A stretch of 64,000 nt of DNA, taken from assembly GCA_950097015.1 (NCBI GenBank), contig CATNEN010000015.1:1550001-1614000 (forward strand), written 5' to 3'. Positions 25,101 through 37,100 of the stretch are shown piece after piece. A model generated the notes under the pieces. The model made no database searches, was not told the origin of the DNA, and saw nothing but the letters and a program-made list of their open reading frames with translations. Both the position numbers and the translations under genes were made by a program. The stretch comes from Macrostomum hystrix (Eukaryota; Animalia; Platyhelminthes). The stretch's first letter is position 1. Every line of letters begins with the position of its first letter.

Positions 25101-28100
25101 TGTGGTGGTTGTCGGCTTTGGTGTCGTGGTGGTGGTTGTGGTGGTTGTCGGCTTTGGTGTCGTGGTGGTGGTTGTGGTGGTTGTCGGCTTTGGTGTCGTG
25201 GTGGTGGTTGTGGTGGTTGTCGGCTTTGGTGTCGTAGTTGTGGTTGTAGTTGTTGTCGGCTTTGGTGTAGTGGTCGTTTCTGGCGCCTTAGTTGTTGTGG
25301 AAGTGAGCTTTGTTGTCGTCGGAGTCGGTGTTGTTGTTGTCGATGGTGTTGTTGTGGTTGTTGTTGTAGTAGTTGTTGTAATGACTTCATCAAAGAAACA
25401 TCCGTGCACGTACAACTTAAACCTGAAGTGTGTATCATCTGGGATTGTTGTAACCAACGGTACAATCTTGATTGCCGACATTCTGGATGCTGGCATGATA
25501 AAGACATCTTCGTTTCCGTGGATTCTCTTTGATCCTGTCTCAGGATAAACCGTGAACTCTCCGTCCTTCGAGTATCTGATCTTCAACTCTGCGAATTTGA
25601 CGTTACCGAAGATTTTCAGCTGAAAAAAAGATAATCAATGAAGCTAGCATTTTATTGAACAATATAACATGAAAGCAACTACTTCAAAGCGTCATTTTCG
25701 TTAGAAATAATGCTTACACTTCTGACAATTGGCTGATGACGCTTGCCATTGTCGGTCAGATCAACTAGCAGGTACGACTTCGGCTGATCTGCAGTTGCCT
25801 TTGCAACCTTCCAACCGTCTTTGGTTGGTCGGACATTTGACGGCTGGCTCAGAGTGTCCGGTTGGCCCATAATGGCTGTGTCAGGGACGTACTCAGGGAA
25901 AGAAAGGCCTTCCATGTATTTAGCTCCACTTGGGCAGGCTAAAATGAGTGCAAGTGTTTAGCTTAATACTTATTGTATACAAAAAGGTTTACTCTGCCAT
26001 AGAAATAAGTCCATCTAAAACTTTCTTACCGTACTTAGGTGTCGTGATCACTTCAGTTGTGGTTGTTGTTGGAATCGTTGTTGTTGTTGTTGGAATCGGT
26101 GTTTTTGTTGTCGTGGTGGTCGTAGTTGATGTAGTTGAAACTCTCTTAAAGCAACCGATCAGCGAGACTGTGAACTTATATTCAGAATCAGTCGGATTAA
26201 CCGTTGAGATGGGCTGGATGCGGAGCTTCGATACCGTCGTGTACTTCGGGAGTTTCAGCGGTGTGTCAGCTGCCACAGGTGTTGACTTGCTCGGATAGTA
26301 GGTGAACTCTTTCGATCCCTCAGGCATGTAGGAGATCAGGTACTTCTCAACGTTTCCTGATACGCGAACGGTTTCTACAACTACCGGCTTGTTGGCGCCA
26401 ACATTGGTAAGGTCAATGGACACATATGGCTCAGAGGTCTTCTTCAGCACAACACCCGAACCAGAAGTACGAACGTCGTTCACTTTAACACCAGAAGTTG
26501 GTGGCGAAATTTCAATGCTCTCTGCGTGAACCATGGTTACATCGTTCATTCCGTCAGTCCATGGACAATACTGAGTAGTTGTTGGTGGCGGTGTTGTGGT
26601 TGTGGTCGTCTTTGTTGTTGCTGTTGTTGCAGTTGTCGTTCTTGTTGTTGCTGTTGTTGTTGCTGCTGTTGTTGGTGTTGTTGTAACTGGCTTGAAACAG
26701 CCAATGACACTGATTGAAAGCTTGTACGTTGCATCAGATGGCACCTTGGTTGACTCAGGTGCGATTCGGAGGCTGCTAATGCTGACGTACTTTGGTAGTT
26801 CAATATCCTTATCGGTTGACAGTGTCCTTGACTTCTCTGGGTAGAATGTGTACTCGGTGGAATCAGCAGGTATGTAGGAAATCAGCACGTCCTTAACATT
26901 TCCAGTGATTCGGATTGACTTCACAACCACAGGCTTACTTCGCTTTTCGTTGGTCAAGTCGATTGTAATGTAAGGCGCACCAGACTTTCGAAGCTCGATT
27001 CCTGCGCCGCCAGTGCGAACGTCGTCAATTTTCACGGTTGACGATGGTGGCGAAATCGAAATGCTGCCTGAGTGGATGGCGGTGACGTCCTTCATGCCAT
27101 CGTTCCATGGGCAGTATGCTGGTGTCGACGTTGGTGGCGTGGTTGTTGACGGTGTTGTTGTTGTAGTTGGCACAACAGTTGTTGTGGCTTTTGTTGTTGT
27201 TGTTGCTGTCGTTGTCTTGGGAGTGGAAACTTGCTTGAAGCAGCCAATGACACTGACAGACATCTTGTACTTGGTATCTTCCGGAATCTTGGTTGTGACA
27301 GGATTGATTCTCAGATACTTGACGCTCACGTGCTCTGGCAGCTCAATATCAGCGCTAGTTTGCACCACCTTTGACTTAGAAGGATAGTAGGTATATTCTG
27401 TAGATCCTTCCTGGATGAAGGACACTAGCACAGTCTGAACATTGCCAGTCACTCTTAGAGACTTGATGACAACAGCTTTGTTTAGACGACCGTTTGTCAG
27501 ATCAATTACAACATATGGAGAGTCTGCCTTCAGCATCTCGATTCCTGTCGAAGTTGGCCTTAGATCATCGGGTTTGATTGATGAGGAGGACGGGTACACA
27601 TTGATGCTTCCAGTGTGAATAGCCGTAAAGTCCTTCATTCCGTCGTTCCATGGACAGTATGCTGCCGTCGTTGTTGTTGCTGGAGGCGTTGTTGTTGTTG
27701 TTGTAGTTGTTGTTGGGGCCGTCGATGTATTAGCCTTGATAATTTCTGTTACTTTTGTAGTTGACGTTGTTGTGGTTGTTGGAGCCTTTGTTGTTGTCGT
27801 TGTTGTTGTCGGTGGTGGTGTTGTTGTGGTGGTGGTGGTTGTTGGAGCCTTTGTTGTTGTGGTGGTAGTTGTTGGAGCCTTTGTTGTTGTTGTGGTGGTG
27901 GTTGTTGGAGCCTTTGTTGTTGTTGTAGTTGTTGTCGGTGGTGGTGTTGTTGTTGTTGTTGTTGGAGCCTTTGTTGTTGTCGTTGTGGTAGTTGTTGGAG
28001 CCTTTGTTGTTGTTGTGGTAGTGGTTGTTGGAGCCTTTGTTGTTGTTGTGGTAGTGGTTGTTGGAGCCTTTGTTGTTGTTGTGGTAGTGGTTGTTGGAGC

Positions 28101-31100
28101 CTTTGTTGTTGTTGTTGTGGTAGTTGTTGGAGCCTTTGTTGTGGTTGTTGTGGTGGTTGTTGGAGCCTTTGTTGTTGTCGTCGTTGTTGTTGCTGGTGGT
28201 GCTGTTGTTGTTGTTGTCGTTGGGGCCTTTGTTGTTGTCGTTGGAGCCTTTGTTGTTGTTGTGGTAGTTGTTGGAGCCTTTGTTGTGGTTGTTGTGGTGG
28301 TCGTTGGAGCCTTTGTTGTTGTTGTTGTTGTTGTTGTCGTCGATACCTGCTTGAAGCACCCAATCACGCTGATCGAAAGTTTGTAAGTGACATCACTTGG
28401 CACCTTTGTTTCCTCCGGAACAATTCTCAGACTGCTAATGCTTACATACTTAGGCAGCTCAATGTCCTTATCAGCGGGTAACACTTCGGACTTCGATGGA
28501 TAGAATGTGTACTCTCTGGATCCGGACAGAATATAAGAAATGAGCACACTCTTAACGTTACCGGTGATGCGGATCGTCTGGACCACAACCGGCTTGTTAA
28601 GTCCGCCATTAGTCAAGTCCACTGTGACGTACGGCACGCTGGATTTTTTCAGCTCAATTCCGGGACCGCCCGTTCGGACATCGTCAACCTTGACAGCGGA
28701 AGATGATGGAGACACGGAGATACTTCCTGAATGGATGGCAGTGAAGTCCTTCATGCCATCATTCCATGGACAGTAAGCTGGCGTTGTTGGTGCTGCAGTT
28801 GTTGTCACTTTGGCGGTCGTTGTCGCAGTTGTTGTAGTTGGTGCAGTTGTTGTTGTAGTCGTTGTCGGAGCTTCTGTCGGCACCTGCTTGAAGCAGCCGT
28901 TCACTGTTACAGTGAATTTGTAAGTCTTGTCACTGTCAACGATAGTTGAGCTCGGCTTCACCCTGATCTTTGTTACTGTGATGTAGTGGGGCAGCTCAAC
29001 CTCTTTATTTGCAGGAACCTCAGTCGACTTAGACGGGTAGTACTCAAACTCGGTCGAACCGACTCTCATGAAGGAGACGTGCAAGGTTTTGACATTGCCA
29101 GTAACTTTAATTCCTGTCACGATCTCGCCTGTCCTCTTTCCTCCTTCTGTCAGATCAACTGTGACGTATGGTTCGGCAATCTTTTCCAGAACGATTCCAC
29201 CAGACTTTGGTCTCAGAGTGTCAATTGAAACCTTAGCGCTGATGGGGCTAACCTGGATGCTTTCGCTGCTGATTGATTTTGGACTCTCCATACCATCAAC
29301 AATCGGACACTTTGCGTTTGTTGTCGATGGTGCAGCTGTAGTTGTGGACGCGGTTGTTGTTGTGGTTGTTGTTGCTGTTGTTGTTGTTTTTGTTGTTGTA
29401 GGAGTTGTAGTCGTCGTCGGTGCTTTTGTTGTTGTAGTTGTAGTTGTTGTTGTTGTTGGAGTTGTTGTTGTTGTGGCAGTTGTTGTTGTTGTAGTTGCCG
29501 GGGTTGTTGTCGTTGGTACAGTGACAGTCGTTGTTATGACTTCCTTGAAGCAACCCAGAACAATGACATGGAACCTGTAGTGAGTCACGCTAGGACTATC
29601 GGCTGTGAATGGCACAATCTGTACCTTGGCTAGTCTAGCATTCGGCGAGATGTTGATCGGAGTGTTTCCATTCGTAACATGGCCAGAGCCTTCTGGAACA
29701 GAAACCCACGTCTTCTCACCCGCGTATTGAATCAGGACCAGCACTTTTTGAACGTTGCCAACCACGCGGATCTGCTCAATAAGAGGAGCAGGCTTTGCAA
29801 GGCCGTTGGCCGTCAGGTCGATGGTGACGTTGGGTCTCGGCTGTCCAGCAGACGGAACGGCCACCTTCCAACCGCCAAGACTGCTTCTAACATTATGAAC
29901 AGCGCTGACTGACTCAGGTCCGCCTGAGATAGCAGAGTCTGGGATAATAAGCTCGTTCTTGAGACCATCGACATCACAGACTGAAATGCGCAACGGTTTC
30001 GATAAATTAGATCTCAACAATATTTCTACTAAAAGTATAGTATAACACATGATTTTCGCTCCTCACCTGGGGCAGAAGTTGTGGTGGTAGTAGTTGTTGG
30101 CATTGTAGTAGTTGTAGGGGTTGTAGTGGTAGTAGTAGTCGGCTTAGGTGTTGTGGTTGTTGTTGTAGTCGGCTTAGGTGTTGTTGTGGTTGTTGTAGTT
30201 GTAGTCGGCTTAGGTGTGGTTGTGGTTGTTGTTGTTGTAGTCGGCTTAGGTGTGGTTGTGGTTGTTGTTGTTGTAGTCGGCTTAGGTGTTGTTGTGGTTG
30301 TTGTTGTTGCTGTTGTAGTTGGCTGAGGTGTGGTTGTTGTTGTCACAACCTTAGTGGTTGTTGTATACGGCGCGGCCGTTGTTGGAGTCGTGGTCTTATC
30401 CTTCGCCGCTTCGGTTGTTATTTTAGTAGTTTGAGTTGTTGTAGTTTTAGCTGGTGTTGTTGTCGTAGTTGGAGCCTTAGTAGTTGTTGTGGTTGTTGTC
30501 GGAGCACCTGTTGTAGTTGAGAACGACTTGAAACAAGCGTAGACGTGAACATGGAACTTAAAGTGCGTTGCATCTGGCGACATTGGTGTAACCGGCTCGA
30601 TTCTGATTGCAGCGATGTTGCGGCGCGGAAGGAAGTACTGCGGATTGTTGCCCCTGAGCAGCTCCACACTGCGTGGATATTGTGTGAAGTTGTCTCCAGG
30701 CTTCTCTTGGATCAGCAGCTTGTAAAACATAACGTTTCCAGTCACGGAAACTCGGTCTGTGTACTGCGGCTGCCTGTAACCTCCCTCGGTCAGATCAATG
30801 ACGATGTACGGCTTTACATCCGATGGAGTCTTCGGCACTGTGACTCTCCAGCCGTCCTTTGACGGTCTCGCCTCGGTCGGGCTGCTTAGATGATCCGGCT
30901 TACCCTTGATGGCCGAGTCCGTGATCATTGTAGGTGTGTCCATTCCCTCCGTGATCTCGCATGCTAAAATGTAAATAATGTGTCACTGAGTTAGCACAGT
31001 CCTTAAGGCATTTGAATCAAGCGCGATTTAACAGGATTATTGTTATAAGTGTTTATTGAATGTCTGAAACGCTTACGCGGCAGGGTGGTACCCGCTGTTA

Positions 31101-34100
31101 CTGTGCCAGTCGAGCTTGTCGGAGTGATAATCGGCTTTGTAAAGCATCCCTTGACAGACAGGGTGACAAGGAAGTGCTTCTCGAAAGCATCGAGAGTTGT
31201 GAGCAGAGTGACACGCAGCTTAGTAGCCGTCTTGAGCACTGGCTTATAGTTGGGGGCTTCGCGGAAGTTGACCAGGGCGGTGCTTCCTGACGCTGGCACC
31301 CAATCGCTGCTTCCGGGCACTTGCACTTCCATTCTGGCTGTTTTGATGTTGTTCATGACGTAGACTCGCTCAATAAACGGAGCCTTGCTGCGACCAAGCA
31401 TCAGGTCAACGATGATCACCGGGTTAGGCTGATCGTCGGCTGGCTTCATAATCTTCACGCCAGTTCTATTTAATCGGATAAGATCCTTGTCGTCTGTCAG
31501 GCTCATGTTGGCCGGCACAATGCTGATTGCATTCAGAGGCGTGTTCTCTGGTGTCATACCCTCTTCGTTGCAAGAATCGGCAACAGCTGCAAATGAAAAT
31601 GAGAAAAAATAAATTACGAAACTTGCATTTAAATTGAAAAATAACTTCTGGAACTATATCGTACATTAAACATATATAGTAAAATTTATGAAATATATAA
31701 GCTTACTCGTCACAGCAACTGATGGCGTTGTTGAAACAATTGGGAAGGTCAACTTCTTTGTTGTAGCAGTGCCCGTCGACTCTGTGGCGGTGTTCATTCC
31801 CTTAGTGGTGATTGGAGCTGCTGTGGTTGCCTTAGCTGTTGTAGTCGCCGGAGTCGTTTTTGTTGTCGCTGGTGCGGTTGTTGTTGTTGGTGCAGCTGTT
31901 GTGGTAGTGGTGGTGGTGGTTGGAGCCTTTGTTGTTGTTGTTGTGGTGGTGGTCGGTGCCTTTGTTGTTGTTGTGGTGGTGGTCGGTGCCTTTGTTGTTG
32001 TTGTGGTGGTGGTGGTCAGCGCCTTTGTTGTTGTTGTTGTTGTTGTGGTGGTCGGTGCCTTTGTTGTTGTTGTTGTGGTTGGAGCCGTTGTTGTTGTTGT
32101 TGTGGTTGGGGCCGTTGTCTTATCCTTTAATATTTCTTTTGTTGACATTGTTGTGGTTATTGGAGCCTTTGTTGTTGTCGATGGCGTTGTTGTAGTTGTT
32201 GGGGCCTTAGTTGTTGTGGTAGTTGTTGTAGCCGGCTTTGTTGTTGTGGTTGTTTCAACAGTTGTAACATAGCATCCGTGGAGGCTGACAGTCAAGTTGT
32301 AGGACTTCTGGTCGAGCGTGGCCGGAACGGATGGTCGCACAATAATTTGTGTGAGCACTCGATGCGGAATAATTGGCTCATTCTTATTTCCGATCAGCTT
32401 TCTGCCGGATTCGGGATAAATTCGTGTAGTCTTGGCACCATCTTCCTGAACCTCCACGACGTAGCTCTTCAGGTCTCCTCGGACGAGGATCTGCATGGAG
32501 AATCGATATAAGTAAATTATAGTTGAAATTCAGAAGACCCCATTGTTAACTTACGAGTACGTAGTATTCCTGATCAAATCTTTACGTTGTTCATTATTTG
32601 ATTGCTTTGCACGGCAGTATAGTACTCACAGAATCAATCCTGGTTGGCTTGACAAATGTTATTGTCACTTCCGGTTGACGACCAGCTGGGATGATTGGCG
32701 CAATCCAGCCCTTTGATCTGATGTCGCCCTTTGTTGATGACTTGTCAGCTGGATAGACCTCGATGCTTGAGTCCGGGATGTACTTCGGACTGGACATTCC
32801 ATCAGCGTACTCGCCAGCATCGCAATGAGGTAGCGTTGGTGGCACTGTGGTTGTTGTCACAGCCGGCTTGGTAGTTGTTGTAGCTGTAGTTGTTGTCGTT
32901 GTGACCGGTGTGGTTGTTGTTGTAGCTGATGTGGTAGTTGTTGCGGCACTTGTAGATGGAATTAGCGGAGGCAGCTTGGGTGTGGACCTCGAAGCTGTTC
33001 CAGTCGATTCGGTGGCTGTGTTAGTCTTTCCTGCTGTAGTAGTGACTGGCGCAGCAGTTGTCGTAAACGATGGCAATGGCGGCAGTTTCGGCGTTGTTCT
33101 AGTAGCCACTCCCGTGCTCTCAGTGGCTGTGTTAGTCTTTCCTGCTGTAGTAGTGACTGGCGCAGCAGTTGTCGTAAACGATGGCAATGGCGGCAGTTTC
33201 GGCGTTGTTCTAGTAGCCACTCCCGTGCTCTCAGTGGCTGTGTTAGTTCTACCTGGTGTGGTTGTGGTAGCGGTGGTTGTCTTAATACAGGCGTACACCT
33301 TTAGACCGGTGACGTAGTTCTTATCAGCTGGATTTGTCGTTGATCTCAGTGTGATTCTGAAGGCCGTCAGGGTGAGGCTCACATTCGCCGAACCCTTCAA
33401 AGGCGTTCCGTCGGATGGGAATGGACGCAGCCGTGATGCATCCGGGGTTTCAACTTCGAGAGCGAAGTCTTTGACGTTTCCGACCACTTCAATTCTGTCG
33501 ACTTCAAACGGAGCGCTTGTGCTGTTTACAATAATCTGCACCAATCGGCCATCGAGATCTTTCGGCACTGTCCATGTTCCGCTCCGGATCAGCGGGATCG
33601 TTGAGGAGTAATTGAACGGCCGAACCGAAATCCAAGAATCCGGGATGTACTTTGGATCCGACATGCCTTCAACAATCGGACACTTCGGCGTGGTTGTAGT
33701 TGGGATTCCGGTGGTTGTTGTAGTTGCCGGCTTTGTTGTCGTGGTAGTGCCCGCTGTTGTGGTGGATTGCGGCACTGGTGGGAAAGGCGGGAAGGATGGT
33801 GTTGCTCTGGTAACGAGCTCGGATGTCACCAGCTCGGGTCTTGTAACTCTAGTTGTGATCGGTGCTTTAGTGGTCAGCACTGCTGGGCTCAGACAGGCTA
33901 CAACATGAACGCTGAACTGGTAGTTCTCGGCCTTGGCATCCGTGTTGTTTCTCAGAACCATTCGGATCCTCTTGACGTTGACGTGTGGGTCAACGTAGAT
34001 GACCTCATTGCCTGAGCTCGGGTACGACCTGGACTCTGGGTAGGGTGTCAGTCTATTCTCGCCGTTGTATTGGAAGTACAAATCATACAGCTTCACACTT

Positions 34101-37100
34101 CCAGACACTCTCACGCGGTGCAGCTTGGCAAACTCATACTTTCCACCATCGGTCAGGTCGATTTCTACAGTTGGTCGGTTAGCTGGTGACGCGTCCTTTG
34201 GAACTGGCACAATGACTCCAGCAGCGTCGGCGCGAATGGAATCGATAGAATTCTTTGGCGTCGGCTGCACTGTGATGGCGCTGGATGAGATCGACGATCC
34301 AGCCATTACTTCGTCGCACGGAGGCTTAGTTGTTGCCGCACGCGTGGTCGCGGTTGTGGTAGTTGTTGTGGTTGTGGTTGTGGTTGTCGTTGGGATTCGC
34401 TGGAAGCAGCCAATCACCTCGATCGTAAATCGGAAGTTTGTCTGTGACTTGTCCGCTGGCTCCACAGGAATGATCTTTAGCTTCTCGACCTCTGGCTCTG
34501 GCTTTGTCACGATTACCTGGTTGGCTGGAATCTGAGTTACGATTGACGGGAAAGGCTCGAAGCTCGATCTGCCCTTCAGCTGGTACATCATTCGGAATGT
34601 CTTGACGGTGCCTCTCACGGCAAAGCTGGCGATTCTTGGCGCTGAGGTCTTGCCATGGTTTGTGAAGTCAATGACCACCTGACTGCCAATCAGAGGTGCA
34701 ACCCAGCCAGTCTTGCCTGGCCTGACCTCCGTCACTGGGACAGATGAGCTGCCGGTTGTGATGGCTGTGATAGCAGAGTCCTCGATGTAGGCTGGCTCTC
34801 TCATACCGTCAGTCAGCGGGCAGATGGTTGGTGCTGGCGTGGTAACGAATGGCTTCGACTTAAAGCAGCCGCGGATGGAGATCTTGACGTCGTAGTTGCT
34901 GTCAGAAGCGTTTGTTGGTCCAGTCAGCACAATCTTGACGTGCGTCCAGTCAGACTGGGCGATCTTGGCTGGGACCAGGCTGGGCCAGTTCAGCGAGCCG
35001 AACGGCTTGAACTCTGTCGAGCCCTTCTTGGTGTACAGCAGGCTGAAAGATCTAGCGTTGCCAAACACCTGCACAGTGTCCAGGAAGGTTGGCTCGTCGG
35101 CTCCACCACGGGTCAGGTCAACAACAACGCTCGGGTTGTCCTCTCCTGGCCTGGCCACCGGGACCTTCCAGCCGGAGCCAGATGGTCGGATGTCATTAAC
35201 AGATCCCCAGGCAAGGCGAGGGTTTAGAGTGATCGATGTCGGTGGAACGTACAGATCTGCGTTCATTCCCTCCGTGATGGTGCAAGACGGTGTTGTTGTC
35301 GGCGCAATGGTTGTTGTTGTAGTCGTTGGTGGGATGGGCGTAGTTGTTGTCGGCTTAAGCGTTGTTGTTGTTGTTGTTGCAGGTGTAGTTGTTGTCACCT
35401 TGTAGCAGCCGAGTGGCTCAAAATTGACTGATGTCACAGCACCGCGAGTGTCAAACGAGATGATCTCGAGCCGTACGTAGGTCACAGTCTCGGTGAAGCT
35501 CCTGCGGAAGATGAAGCGGCTAGTGGTGGCAAAGTCGCTGCCAGAGAACACCTTGGTGACACTGCCCTCCGTGTAAGGGTTGAAGACGCTACCGCTGGCA
35601 TCGCTGTACTTGACCCGGAAGTACTTCACGTTGCTGGCCTTCATCTCGAAACCAGTGAAAGGGATGCCAAAGTCCAGCTTCACTGTCAGCATCTCGGTTG
35701 AAACGCTGAGGCTGCTCGGGCGCCAGCCAGACTTGCTCGGACTCGCTTCGGATGCGAGGCCCGAGGTCGCTGTGTAGCCCTGGATTGCTCGCATCGGTGT
35801 CATTGGGTCAGTGCACACTGAAATTTGTAAGACAAGGCAGTATTTAGGTTATTTAAAGCCAAAGTTTGCCAGTCTGCGACCCCATGAATTTAGTTTTTCA
35901 GCTTACCATGACGCTCGATGAAAGCGGTGGTTGTTGTTGGCGCCGGCTTCGTCGTAGTTGTAGTCGGTAGCGGTGGCGTAGTAGTGGTGACGCAGGCCTT
36001 GTAGCCTACGCAGATTGTTCTGAAGCGGATGTAGTTGATCTCGCTTGAGCTAGCCGGACATGACAGCGGAGTGCAGCAGTGCTGAAAGTCGCAGGTTCTG
36101 GCGGCCACAGCAGTGACCATCTCTAGGCTGTCGGACGGGAAGCAGCCGGAGATGTGGCAAGTGGGGCATTTGTAACACCTCGGGCCAGTTGTTGTTGTTG
36201 GGATAGGAGTTGTGGTTGTCGGTGTAGTGGTTGTTGGCGCCGGTGTGGTGGTGGTGGCATTCACAGCAGGAGTGCAGCTGCTGCAGATCGCGCAGCACTT
36301 GCCGGGTGGCACCTGTCTCACGCAGTTGGGCGGGCAGACAAACATTGGGCAGTCTGGACGCTTGTCCGATGTCTGAATCTGATTGTCTACGCACATGTGC
36401 GTCTTGCACGGGTCAGCAGTGTCCTGCCACTTCTCACCGTTCTGAAATTCAAGTAGATTAGCGAGCAGTGTTTTAATGATGAGCAGTTAAAATATTTCAG
36501 CACCCTAATCGACATAGTCAGACTTTAAGCAGTATTCACCTTTCTCAAAGCGCCGTTCTCATCCTTGCAGTAACAGTCGGCCTTGTTGACGCAGGTTGTA
36601 CCGTTGAACAGCAGGAACGAGCCCTTGCACTCGCAGTTGCACGTGCCTCTAGAGACGCAAGATCCCTTGAGGTAGTGGCAGACCTTGTCGCGACACTTCG
36701 CAGTCGAGTTGACGGACTCCTCGTATGGCTTGGCGCATGAGCACTCCGGCGCTTTGGTGGTAACCGGTGGAGCCGGGGTTGTTGGCACTGTGCAGTTCTT
36801 GACGGTGTTGCACGACATTGTGAAGGACTCGCCGCAGGCGCACTCTCGGCACGGGATGACCGCCCCTGTCGAGTCTAACTCCTTGACGACTCCATGGATC
36901 TGGAAGAGCGCACCGGAAGCATGGCTTCTTAGAAATCTGAATGACATTCTTTTTACTTAGTACTCAGCTCTGCGTGCTCTTCAGTAAATAGACTTTTGCA
37001 AGACAATTTCATCACAGACCCAAGGTAAATTGTCTCTAAAAAGCTTTGCACATGGTTATCTGAATTCAGCAGACTACTGGCTACTTACCGGAACCTTCTT

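Noticed and set aside
21738-34535. Long Val/Gly-rich plus-strand ORFs resembling membrane proteins, and Gln- or Asn/His-rich minus-strand ORFs
   Set aside because: These are antisense and alternate-frame shadows of poly-Thr codons in the mucin.
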